Assembly: GCA_951813565.1 (NCBI GenBank)
Contig: OX638351.1
Coordinates: forward strand, 5,344,001-5,408,000
Source: an uncultured Poribacteria bacterium
GTDB taxonomy: Bacteria; Poribacteria; WGA-4E; WGA-3G
Reading direction: 5' to 3'
DNA length: 64,000 nucleotides
Made by a program: the position numbers and the translations under genes. Shown in pieces: positions 18,869 to 29,400 of this stretch (position 1 is its first letter; each line of letters starts with the position of its first letter). Below the pieces are notes generated by a model. The model had not been told where the DNA came from and did not search any database. It was given only the letters and a program-made list of their open reading frames with translations.

Positions 18869-19765
18869 ATGAAAATCGCAAATGCCCCATGTTCCTGGGG
18901 CGTCCTTGAATTCGACCTACAAGGCAAATCCCCCGACTGCACCCAAGTATTAGACGAGATGCACGCAATCGGTTATAGCGGCACGGAATTGGGAGATTGG
19001 GGATTTATGCCGACTGACCCTGCACAACTCCGTGACGAACTTGCAGCACGCGAGTTAACATTGTTAGGTGCTTTTGTGCCAGTTACGTTGGTAGATACTG
19101 GGGCACACGCAGCAGGTGAGGCAGCGGCAGTAAAGCATGCGCGACTGTTGGCAGATGTAGGCGGTGACGCTCCGTTTATCGTGCTTGCGGATGACAACGG
19201 CACTGTAGAACAACGCACGCAGAATGCCGGACGTATTCATCCCAAACACGGCTTGACACAAGAGCAGTGGGACACTTTTGTGTCGGGTGTGCATCGTATC
19301 GCGCAATCGGTACGGGACGAGACAGGACTCCGCACCGTTTTTCATCATCACTGTGCGGGATATGTGGAAACACCTGCGGAAGTGGACACATTGATGCAAC
19401 ACACCGATCCGAATCTGGTTGGGTTGTGTTTTGATACGGGACATTACCGATTCGGTGGCGGCGATCCGCTTGACATATTTGATCGGCACGTTGAACGGAT
19501 ATGGCACGTGCATTTCAAGGATTGCCACCCTGAAATCGCAGCCCGTTCTTGCACAGAGAGTTGGGATTACTTTAAGTCTGTCGGGAATGGTGTTTTTTGC
19601 GAATTGGGCAAGGGTGATATTGATTTTCCAGCGTTCATAGCGGAATTGCGAAATCGCAACTATGATGGATGGATAGTCGTTGAGCAGGATGTCTTGCCGG
19701 GCATGGGCAGTCCATATCAGAGTGCAAAACGGAATTTCCAATATCTTAAATCAATCGAAGTGTAA
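18869..19765 (+). CDS. Myo-inosose-2 dehydratase (IolE)-like TIM barrel
   Basis: APCSWGV, FHHHCAGYVET, FDTGH, HVHFKD, VVEQD. Confidence 0.8.
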   Translation: MKIANAPCSWGVLEFDLQGKSPDCTQVLDEMHAIGYSGTELGDWGFMPTDPAQLRDELAARELTLLGAFVPVTLVDTGAHAAGEAAAVKHARLLADVGGDAPFIVLADDNGTVEQRTQNAGRIHPKHGLTQEQWDTFVSGVHRIAQSVRDETGLRTVFHHHCAGYVETPAEVDTLMQHTDPNLVGLCFDTGHYRFGGGDPLDIFDRHVERIWHVHFKDCHPEIAARSCTESWDYFKSVGNGVFCELGKGDIDFPAFIAELRNRNYDGWIVVEQDVLPGMGSPYQSAKRNFQYLKSIEV

Positions 19766-19784
19766 CTGAAAATTAAATCACTTA

Positions 19785-19815
19785 TAGGTTGGGTAGAGTT
19801 TGCGAAACCAACCTA
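19785..19815. repeat. REP-like hairpin (uninterrupted sibling of the unit at 9185-9246)
   Basis: TAGGTTGGGTAGAGTTTGCGAAACCAACCTA. Confidence 0.6.
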
Positions 19816-19859
19816 AATCTACTGAAAAATTGTATGGTTCGATAAATAAGGAGTGAGAA

Positions 19860-21026
19860 GTGGCAAAAATACAACTTACAGGAAAACAGAGCGACTTTCT
19901 TAAAATCATTGTTGCTGCGGCAGGTCGTGGTGACCTTGATGCCGTTCGGCAATTTTTAGATGACAAACCTGAATGGCTTCACACTATCGGTTCGCACGGT
20001 AGGACAATGTTGTGGGAAGCCGCATATCGTGGAAAATTAGAGGTCGTTAGATTTCTGGTAGAACATGGTGCCGATATGAATCTTCCCGGTTGCCATCTCA
20101 GTCAACACGACCTTGAGATAACACCTTACTGTGTTGCACGACACGAAGGGCGCGACGAGGTGGCGGATTATCTGTTGCAGCAAGGTGCTATAGTTGATAT
20201 TCATACCGCTGCCTATCTCGGTGATTATGATACGGCACTTTCACTTCTTGATAATGATGCCAGTCTTGTTAATAGCGGATATCTTCAATCCGTGATGCTG
20301 CCATCAGGTGAACCGCACACTGTTGAGCATCGAGATGCGGAGTGGGCAACACCTCTCTGCTACGCCATCGTTGGTGGGAACATACGGATTGTTGAATTAC
20401 TTATTTCAAGAGGCGCGATAATTGAGTCGCATAGTAAACTCTTGCTGGATCATGCTGTATCAACTGATCGGGTAGATATAGTTAAGTTACTATTCGAAAA
20501 TGGTGCAGATCCGAGCAAAGCACCGCGAATTTATGATGATAATTCAGGTATGAGCGTGCTGCTCAAGTCTCATGGTGTCCCGTCCAAGGACATAAACGCC
20601 TTAGGCAAGATGGGTTGGCCTCCACTTCCTTATGCATGCCGTGGTGACAAAGGAGAACACCCTAACAAGGTTTTGAGACTTCTGAAACTGGGGGCAGATA
20701 TTGACGTCCGAAGCAGCAAAGGAAAAACAGCATTGCATTGCGCTGCGAAAGCGGGGTTTCTTAAAGTCATCGATGTGTTGATAGAAAATGGTGCGGCTAT
20801 TGATGCAACCGACAAAAACGGTGAAACACCACTATATGAGGCAATCCGATCCACAATAAAAAATCGTGAAAAGCAGCGTGCATCGTTAGAAGTGTTGCTC
20901 ACTAAAGGTGCGAACCCGAATGCTGAGAACCGTAGAGGGTTGACACCACTACAAGTTGCGCAGCAGATGCGAAGGGTAGACGCGGAAGAAGTTGTTAAGT
21001 TATTGAAAAAGTATGGTGCCGACTAA
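19860..21026 (+). CDS. Ankyrin repeat protein
   Basis: Repeated G.TPLH/TALH.AA..G....V..L...GAD units. Confidence 0.92.
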   Translation: MAKIQLTGKQSDFLKIIVAAAGRGDLDAVRQFLDDKPEWLHTIGSHGRTMLWEAAYRGKLEVVRFLVEHGADMNLPGCHLSQHDLEITPYCVARHEGRDEVADYLLQQGAIVDIHTAAYLGDYDTALSLLDNDASLVNSGYLQSVMLPSGEPHTVEHRDAEWATPLCYAIVGGNIRIVELLISRGAIIESHSKLLLDHAVSTDRVDIVKLLFENGADPSKAPRIYDDNSGMSVLLKSHGVPSKDINALGKMGWPPLPYACRGDKGEHPNKVLRLLKLGADIDVRSSKGKTALHCAAKAGFLKVIDVLIENGAAIDATDKNGETPLYEAIRSTIKNREKQRASLEVLLTKGANPNAENRRGLTPLQVAQQMRRVDAEEVVKLLKKYGAD

Positions 21027-21067
21027 CTTACCAAATTCCATTTTTGGTTTTTTAACCTTACTAATAA

Positions 21068-21802
21068 ATGAAAACTCCTTATACGCGCGAAAAACTTATC
21101 AAAGACTTTTCTGCTCTTGGCATAGAAAAGGCAGATACGCTTTTCATACATTCCTCCTTCAAGAGTTTAGGTGGTGTTGAAGGCGGTGCAGGCACAGTTA
21201 TTGCTGCGCTTGAAGCAGTTATCGGACAGGGCGGATTAATTCTGATGCCCTCGTTCAATCTATTACCGAGTCGAGAAGAACGCGTAGGATCCTGGGATAT
21301 TGAAAAGACTCCATCCACTGTTGGATGGTTAACAGAGTTTTTCCGACAGATGCCCGGTACCTATCGTTCGGATCACTATTCACACTCTGTCGCTGCTCGA
21401 GGGAAAGGTGCAAAAGCGTTTGTCGCAGATCATCTCCGATGTGATGGCTATCAATCTCCGTGGGATTACCCACCTTGGGGAAAGACTTACGGCACACATT
21501 CACCGATGTTTCGCGCTTACATGGCAGAAGCTAAACTCCTCATGATCGGCGTAGATTATCAAACCTCAACTTATATTCATCTCGTTGAGGTAATTTATTT
21601 TAATAAACTCCTTGCTGACAATGCCGAAGCAGATGTTTTTGATCTAAATCGACCAAAACTTGGTGCATTTTGGGATGGACTCGGAAATTTAAGGCGAGGT
21701 AAAGTCGGAGACTCAGACTGTCGTTTGTTTGAAATTAAGACGTATGTAGATACCCTTCTTGCAGAAGTTGAACGTAACCCGCAACTATACTCGGGTAAGT
21801 AA
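21068..21802 (+). CDS. AAC(3)-family N-acetyltransferase
   Basis: FIHSSFKSLG, LMPSFN, GWLTEFFR, RSDHYSHSVAA, TYIHLVE. Confidence 0.88.
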   Translation: MKTPYTREKLIKDFSALGIEKADTLFIHSSFKSLGGVEGGAGTVIAALEAVIGQGGLILMPSFNLLPSREERVGSWDIEKTPSTVGWLTEFFRQMPGTYRSDHYSHSVAARGKGAKAFVADHLRCDGYQSPWDYPPWGKTYGTHSPMFRAYMAEAKLLMIGVDYQTSTYIHLVEVIYFNKLLADNAEADVFDLNRPKLGAFWDGLGNLRRGKVGDSDCRLFEIKTYVDTLLAEVERNPQLYSGK

Positions 21803-21841
21803 ACAACAAAAAAGTATTGCTTGTCTCCAAAAGGATTCTTG

Positions 21842-22435
21842 ATGACAGATAAAGAGATTATTGCCCATTCACGTTCACTACGAGATGAAGCAAGCAACCT
21901 GCTTAATCATGAAGGTTTGCTGCCAATGCTAAAATCTTTTGGGACAACTCGTGTGATCGGCAGTTATACGTTGGATACGATGACATGGCGTGACATTGAC
22001 ATTAGTATGAAATTGCCTGATGAGCAGGATATAGCGCTTTTCTTTGAAATCGGCAGGAAATTCGCAACGAAGTTTCAAATAACGAAGATGTCATATTCAA
22101 ATCACTTTATCCGGAACTTTCCCGGTTTTGACCATGGACTTTACTGGGGTATTAGACTCCACTATGCAGAACAGGAATGGAAGATAGACCTATGGGGTTA
22201 CGGCGAAAAAGATTATCATAAGCACATGGCTGACTTTGATAGGTTGCACAAAGAAATTCAACACGCAGATCGTACTACAATCCTACGTATTAAACACGCT
22301 GTATCTCAACGTCCCGACTATCGGGGAGATGTCTATAATAGCATGGCGGTCTACCGCGCAGTACTTATGGGAAAGGTTACATCTTTAGAGGAGTTTAACA
22401 GATGGATCGAAAGGGATACAAATGCTAACATCTGA
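21842..22435 (+). CDS. Hypothetical nucleotidyltransferase-fold protein
   Basis: VIGSYTL...RDIDI...WKIDLW (GS, DxD, third Asp). Confidence 0.6.
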   Translation: MTDKEIIAHSRSLRDEASNLLNHEGLLPMLKSFGTTRVIGSYTLDTMTWRDIDISMKLPDEQDIALFFEIGRKFATKFQITKMSYSNHFIRNFPGFDHGLYWGIRLHYAEQEWKIDLWGYGEKDYHKHMADFDRLHKEIQHADRTTILRIKHAVSQRPDYRGDVYNSMAVYRAVLMGKVTSLEEFNRWIERDTNANI

Positions 22436-23210
22436 AGAAAAATGGTTTTTTGACCATCATGGGTTCATCATCTTGCGCAATGTCGTACCGCCCGAAGATA
22501 TTGAATTGATGATTGAATTAGGAAATCGCTGGCACGATATGACATTAGAGGAATTACCGCCACCACTGACTTCTACTTCACGTACCAGCGATTATAATTC
22601 AACAATTGCACACTGGATAAACAATGTGCAATACGGCGATGTAGTTTTCCAGCGATTGGTGCTTAATCTTGAAATTATGCGTGTTGTTATTGCGTTGACG
22701 CGAGCAGCACCTTGTCTTGTGGATTGCGCCTTGACCAAAAACTACACAACCTCCGATGACATCAGCTTTCATGCATCAGGACAAAATTACGGCGTGGAAA
22801 ATGGAGAACCGCACGCTGGATTTGTCAATGCTGGCACCTCGTTAGTTGATGTGCCAGAAGGGACAGGTTTTGTCTGCCTGCCCGGAAGCCACAAACGTAA
22901 CTTTGACCCACCCGAAAATCTGTCGATTTATGACGGCCCTCCCACAGTGATAAATGTCCCTGTCAATGCTGGTGATTGTGTAATCTTCACTGAGGCACTC
23001 TACCACGGTGCAAGACGTTGGACAGAAGATTATCCTCGCTTTACTGTTTTCAACCGATACATTGATAACGGGTCGCATGGTGCGTTGCCAAAAGAGGAAC
23101 ATAAACATTTGATTTCGGACGAGGTCTACGAACTGGAGCAGCCTGCGATTCGTGGACAACAGAAACAGGTTGTAAAACATATTTTAAAAGGCTTGAGTGT
23201 GGATGGTTAA
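22422..23210 (+). CDS. PhyH-family dioxygenase with atypical HxS iron motif
   Basis: FFDHHGFIILRNV, FHASG, CLPGSHK, GDCVIFTEALYHG. Confidence 0.82.
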   Translation: MLTSEEKWFFDHHGFIILRNVVPPEDIELMIELGNRWHDMTLEELPPPLTSTSRTSDYNSTIAHWINNVQYGDVVFQRLVLNLEIMRVVIALTRAAPCLVDCALTKNYTTSDDISFHASGQNYGVENGEPHAGFVNAGTSLVDVPEGTGFVCLPGSHKRNFDPPENLSIYDGPPTVINVPVNAGDCVIFTEALYHGARRWTEDYPRFTVFNRYIDNGSHGALPKEEHKHLISDEVYELEQPAIRGQQKQVVKHILKGLSVDG

Positions 23211-23256
23211 AGGGGCAATTCTACATGGATCAAAATATCTAAAATTTCTTCCGGTA

Positions 23257-24270
23257 TTACCGAATTCTATACCGCTCAACAGCATCCATGTCCAAACTAA
23301 TACCCAGTCCCGGTTCGTCTGACAGGTGAATCGCTCCATTAGTGAGATTCATACTACCGCCAGATAGGTCATCAACACGAATGTGGGGAAGTTCGTCAAT
23401 TGGCATCGTGCAGTTTGGAATAGTGGATACCAAGTGTGCAGCAAAGGTTGAAGCTACACAACAACCGAACGCGAAGCACTGCACCCAAATCGGTAAATCT
23501 GCCGCTTCGGCAACAGCAGCACTCTTTCGGAGTCCTGAGACATTTCCTTGTGTGTTTATGGCATCCACGGCATCTGCACGGATGTTCTTTAATATCTCTT
23601 GCTGACCCCCCACATGCCTTGCGACTGGCACATCTGTATGTTTCCTAAGTTCACGATACCAAGATAAATCCTCAAAGCGGATCGGGTCTTCGTAGACTTC
23701 AATGTTATACGGTAGCAATTCGTCTGCAAGCCGTATCCCTGTTTCCAAGTCTCCAAACTCCGTATTTGGGTCAACACGAATCTCGAAATCAGGACCACAT
23801 GCTTCTTTGATTAAACGTGCAGTTTCAACGATAGTTGCGCTCCGAGCTTTGAGTTTATGGACTCGAAATCCTAAGTTTGCAGCGCGTTCTGCTTCTGCTG
23901 CAATTGCTTCAGGAGGCATCGGAGGTGACCAATAAGCGAGTTCAACGCTATCCCTATGTTTTCGACCGATTAACTTATGTGCTGGCACACCTAATGCCTG
24001 TCCTGCTATGTCATAAAATGCACTTTGGAAGGTGAATCCTTCGTCGGCTAAATCAAAATCCCAAATATTTTTGCCGACATATCTTTCGGCAATCTGCTCT
24101 GCTTGTTCTGTAATATCACTATGAACAGCGTTGCTCTCACCCAATCCTGTTATTCCTTCATCTGTGTGCACCCAAATCAGGGTAGTTGGATAAACCATCC
24201 CTGAATGCTCTTGTATTGCTGGGATAAACGGGATGGAAACGGTGCAGTATTCTATGTTTGTAATTTTCAT
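23257..24270 (-). CDS. Mandelate racemase/muconate lactonizing enzyme family protein
   Basis: HTDEGITGLGE, KLKA, RVDPN, EDP, PGLGISLD. Confidence 0.9.
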   Translation of the reverse strand: MKITNIEYCTVSIPFIPAIQEHSGMVYPTTLIWVHTDEGITGLGESNAVHSDITEQAEQIAERYVGKNIWDFDLADEGFTFQSAFYDIAGQALGVPAHKLIGRKHRDSVELAYWSPPMPPEAIAAEAERAANLGFRVHKLKARSATIVETARLIKEACGPDFEIRVDPNTEFGDLETGIRLADELLPYNIEVYEDPIRFEDLSWYRELRKHTDVPVARHVGGQQEILKNIRADAVDAINTQGNVSGLRKSAAVAEAADLPIWVQCFAFGCCVASTFAAHLVSTIPNCTMPIDELPHIRVDDLSGGSMNLTNGAIHLSDEPGLGISLDMDAVERYRIR

Positions 24271-24328
24271 AATATCGCAGCTCCTTAAATATCCATTGAA
24301 TGTAAGTTTGCAGGGTTTATGCTCCCTA

Positions 24329-25547
24329 ATGAACTTTGACGTTCAAGTTGGGTAAAATCTAAATGGGTCTACAAGCGTTAGCTAATAGCCCATCGCCTTT
24401 CAGTCCTACATAACGGAGTAAGTCATCCGAACCGGTGGCAAATTGATCCAGAAATCTATTCACCCGGGCTCTGAACGCCTCCCACTGGCTCGCAAAACGA
24501 TGCATCTTAAACACATCAACCCGCAGCCATCTCCATAACTTCTCAATCGGGTTCAACCACGGCGCATAAGTCGGTAGCCAAACAGGCGCAATCTGTGGCA
24601 ACTCTGATAACGCATCAAGCACATCCGGATGTTTGTGGATCGACCAGTTGTCTTGAACAACATAAAGCGTTTCTGCTCGCGGATATACTTGTGTCAACTT
24701 CTGATACATTTCAATCACTTTGGCACGCCCTACAATGTAGTTATCAAGATAGCATACCTGTCCCGTCAACGCATTCAGCGCACCAATGATCCGCCATTGC
24801 TGATTATTTCCATCACAACCTGCCACCGGAATACTTCCCGGAGGTGCTTGTATCCAAACCCGTCCAGCTTCAGACCAGCGAGAATACCCCATCTCATCAA
24901 GAAATACCAGTTCTTGTTTACCACGACTGCGAACGATCTGCTGTAAACAGGAACATAGATGTGATACTTTCGCCGCATACTCAGGATCCGGACTATACTG
25001 CTGCACGTGACCTGAGCGAAGACGCAAACCACAACGAGACAGCACTCTATATACACCACTCAGCGTGTAACCTTCTAACCAATCAAGACTCGCACGCAGC
25101 GTCCGAAGCGTCCAACGACTTGGGATAGGCGCATCAGTAGAAACGCCTTTCGCTTTATCCACAACTTCATCTGGGGCTTGGCGCACATGTTCTAATAGTT
25201 CTTCTTTTTTTTTGAAAATCGCTGTCTTGCTCCGCCATGCTGCCGCTGGATTAACCCATCAAAACCTTCTTCGTCATATATATTCAACCATCTGTAAATG
25301 GTATCAGGTTTGCGGCGTTTGAGTAACCCATAGGTCGAAACCCAGTGTGCCGAAACACCTTCGGCTATTTTCAACAACGCAGCAGCTTTTTCTCTGACAT
25401 CAGGACGGTCGTGATGATCTCGATATTCAATCAGTTCTTGTTCTTCTTCTTCTGTCCGAATGAGTTCTCTTCGTTTTGCCAGGGTATACTCCTTTTATGT
25501 TGGATTATACCATCATAACATTACCCCGTTTGATTGTCAAAGTTCAT
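24329..25547 (-). mobile_element. IS630-family insertion sequence (1219 bp)
   Basis: IRs ATGAACTTTGAC / GTCAAAGTTCAT, TA duplicated within a CCTAGG target. Confidence 0.92.
24359..25482 (-). CDS. IS630 transposase, two frames joined by a probable -1 frameshift at A9G (25204-25213)
   Basis: HTH ORF 25192-25482 (CTG start after AAGGAG); catalytic ORF with FLDE, QDNWSIH, LPTYAPWLNPIEKLW. Confidence 0.88.
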
Positions 25548-25675
25548 TAGGCAGGGGGTTTGACGGGGAGTGCTAGATTAATGTGTTGATCACAAAACCG
25601 CCAATTAAAGATTTGAAATATTTGATTGGATTTACCTAAAGTTGAAATTAGCAGAAAATCTGAAGCAATTGTTTA

Positions 25676-25785
25676 TAGTAAACTTCACAATTACCTTTAC
25701 ATTGGCGAGGTTAGGAAACCTCGCCAGCGCATGCGTGTGGGAATTGCTGTTCATTGAAATGTGAACATATTATTGGATTTTACTA
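25676..25785 (-). mobile_element. 110-bp MITE, inverted copy of 8335-8444
   Basis: One mismatch seen by eye versus 8335-8444; TA on both sides. Confidence 0.9.
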
Positions 25786-25910
25786 TAAATGCGTGGTCTG
25801 TGGTTACTAATAACGCTTGTAAACGAAGTAAAATAAAAAACGTAGAAAGTTCTAACTCAGTTTACATCTTATACATAATATCACTTTTGAGACAAACTGT
25901 CAATTTATGT

Positions 25911-26401
25911 GGGTGTATAATATTATGTCACTTAGGTGCAATTTGCAAAGAGGCCGTCGCGTTTTCTACGGCAGGGCCAAATCAACACAGCATGCACGTA
26001 TGGCATGCCAGATGACTTGGCAAGATTATAGAATTTCCAAGATTGGTATTTACTCAGCTAAAGGTTTTTCTCAAGAAAGATTTAAACATTCATCAAACAG
26101 AAACGCTTGGAGAATAAAATAGCATTCATAACATAAATAATTCCGATGTTAAATATGTGCTTAAAGGTAGTCCGCACACGCCGTGGGTTTCCGTCCACAA
26201 GTTCAAAGAGGCGCAGCATGCCACACGGGGAATGCCATAAGGCATTCGGACCGTTGATTTGGCGCATGCTGCGTTGATTTGGCAATGAATTGCGCGACTA
26301 CAAACGCATTTCTATAAATCAAGCGGCACCTGGCGTCTGTCCTTGTCTGTGTTGATGCGCCAATTATTTATGCACACCCCTCAATTATTTATGCACACTC
26401 C
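25911..26401. repeat. Decayed MITE-like region with REP dyad and nested hairpin cassettes
   Basis: GGGTGTAT... left end, tandem CAATTATTTATGCACAC(C/T)CC at 26361-26401, cassettes at 25977-26011 and 26212-26282. Confidence 0.55.
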
Positions 26402-26470
26402 TGAGATAGGTAGCATAAATCGGGGTATCAAACTCCGATTATCTTTTGTAGCGTAAACTTTCAGTTTGCA

Positions 26471-29400
26471 CTACGGAGTCTTCCTATTGTGTCTATCTTC
26501 AAGCGTATGTATTGTGCCGTGCAGATAGCAATTCAGCGGTGTGCCGTCTGCGAAGTTGCCTGTGATGTCAACATGGAATTGCATTGTAGGAGTTAGGCTC
26601 GGTATTTTGAGGAAAACGGTTTTGCCATCCTCGGAAAGTGTTGCAGATTGGACAGGATGCATATCTCTGCCCTCCTCACCAGAACGTTTTAACTGTGGCG
26701 AACCGTAGCCTTCAGACCAGCGGTACTCCCAACTCTGTACCCGCCAGTTTTCTGGATTTGCTGCGGATTTTGGTGCAAGCGGTTCATAGAAATTGATGAT
26801 TAAGCCGTCGCTGACAGCGCGAAATGATTTGGGGGTACGGAGTGGTGCACCGGTCATACGTATCCGATAGAAACCTGTGTCTTCCTGTTTGTTGGAGGAC
26901 CAGCCAAACATACCTGCGAGATAGAGGTCCCCATTGATAGGGTGGAATCGGCCACGCATCACTCCTGTAGGGAACTCCACACCTAGTTCGGTGAGAGCAC
27001 CTTGTACAGTTTCTTCTATTTGGTGCTGAAGAACGGCGTACACTTTCCCAGTGCCGTAACTGACTGAAAGTAGAGAATCGCCCATTTCCCCCCAAGTGCC
27101 GATGGGAATCCAGACCAGTGCCGCTGGGGAACGGTCAACAAAAGGAGCGACCCAGCAGAGAGGTGGCTCGTAGCTATTTGGCGGATCGTCGGGCGGGTAC
27201 CAGCCCCAGAGGTTACCATAGAATTTACCGTGATCAGTGATACGATTCAGTCGGTTGGCAGGCATCCAGAACCCTTCCTGATCTGTGCCGTAGAATGTAG
27301 GACCGGGGCTAATCCCAAGCCCGTTTGATGCGCGAAATCCGTAAGCGATCACGGTAGACTTTTCCCCGCCTGGCGACACCCGGATGAGTGTGCCGTGGTG
27401 AGGGTGTTGGGCGCGAAGTGCATGTCGGGCGGCTTTCATGTAGTAGAAGTTCCCCGCTTCATCGGTCTGCAGGTCCATACTCGGTTCGTGGAAGTGTTCA
27501 CTGTTGTAGACGTCATTATTAAAATTCTCGTAGAAATCTATTTCACCGTCTGCGTTGAGATCAACGAGACGGGTGATCTGGTCGCGTCCGACAACGTAAA
27601 TCTGCTGCTTGACAATTTTAAGTCCGAGCGGTTGATTCAGACCGGTGGCGATACGTTGCCATACGAGCGTGTCCAAGGTATCATTGAGTCCGGTGACTGT
27701 CCAGACATCGCCGTTCCAAGTGGAAAGCGCGGCACGATTGCCGCCTGGAAAGAAGTCGAACCCACCGAAGCGTAGCCACGATTCCCACGGATTTTGTGTG
27801 GGCCAATCTATCTTGTCGATTGCGAACGGTTGGCTGGGGTCAAGTCCATCATTTGCCGCTAACTGTGCGAAATCTGATAGTTGTGATTCACTGCCATCCC
27901 ATGTAAGAACCGATGCGGTTGTGTCTGTAGAGAGGTGGAGGTAAACACGGTCGGAGTCGACGGTCCATTTCGCGCCCTCAATCGGTTCTACCAGAGTCGC
28001 TGCAATCAGAGGTGGCTCTTGGAAGCGTTGATAAAGCGCTTGCATCTCATCGGGAGAGAAGGCACGGTTGTACAAATGCAGGTCATCAAGTTTCCCTTCT
28101 AACCTGGGGGATTCTTCGGGGAAATTCTCTGCAGTGAATCCGAGTCGCCAAACGTCATCTTCAAGTTCATCTTCTGGCTTGAGCACACCTTCTGCTACAA
28201 TCTCCCCATCCAAAAACATCTTCATTGCACCCGTTTGATGTCGCCACGTCAGTCCGACATGATGCCAAACACCATCAATGACTGATTTTCCATCTCCTGC
28301 AGCACTGCTGACAACACCGACCCAACCGACATCAAAAGCCAATTGTCCATCTCGGATAAAAAAGGTTTTGCCGTTAGGCACCCATTCTGGCTCCTCAAGT
28401 GCTTCAGAGAAGATTGTACCATCATCCTCAGTGGCAATCCATACAGCAAAGGTTAGGTCAGTGGTGTCAAAATCAAGGGTAAAGTTTTTGTCAAAACGAG
28501 CTTCCGCATTACCATCAAATACAAGACAATTGTCGCGTCGCCCGGATTTCCACTGAACACCATCAAGGACGATTGTTGACTTTTCGGGTGTTGAACTTAT
28601 TGCGTGTAAACCGTTGTCTTCGTCAAAACGCCAATGTCCGATCAAAGCGGAATCACCCTTCTGTTCCTGTGCAGGGGTGGACTCTGAGGTTTTGGAATGA
28701 GGAAACAGGACTGCAATGTACTGGTCTGCATTGCCAACACCGCCAGGGGCAGGTAATAGATTATCCATAGAAAGCACTTTCGGTAGATACCCATCTAATT
28801 CAAGGTGCATAGTCGTTGTTCCCGCGTCTATTTTCACCGTTTCCAGCCTGAGTTTTCGCTGTATATCGGTGTGTCCGGTTGTGGTGAGTTTTTCCGACCA
28901 ACGTTGCGGTCCGCCTTGTATCAGTTTCGTCAGATCTTCAACAGGAGGAGAATTTTCAACGAATTGTGTCCAAACGTTTAATTCAAGTGTATCTTGGATC
29001 GCCGGCGTAATCAGAATTTTGGCTGAGATTGCTTGCTCAGATGGCGGGAACCGGACACGAATCTCGTCCTGCACTGTCTCCCACTGTGTGCCTTCCGGCG
29101 CGTCAATCAAAGCGGCAAAAAGACTACCTTGAGCTCCAAGTTCTGTCTCCGGTGGACACAAGGCGACCCCGGTGCCGCGTGAAAATTCAGGTAAAGCGGA
29201 TGCTTCACCATTAGCGATTGTTGCGATACGGACAAGTGTGCTTGATGCGGCAGGGCCGAGATGGAGCGTTCGAACAAAAGCGAGTCCCTTTTCTCCACTT
29301 TCAAGCGATGGTGATTCCAGCACCGAGCGAGTGCCTACCGTATACGACAAAATAACGCTGTTGTCGTGAAGATACAATCCTTTCCAATGTGCCCAATCTC

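Noticed and set aside
16198..19741. Long antisense ORFs (16198..16821, 19064..19741)
   Set aside because: Shadows of well-supported genes on the opposite strand.
21068..21802. Bona fide aminoglycoside resistance gene
   Set aside because: Family motifs only; many AAC(3)-family proteins have other substrates.
7783..26400. Prophage or integrative element inserted at tRNA-Val
   Set aside because: No integrase or phage genes, and no duplicated tRNA 3' end found.
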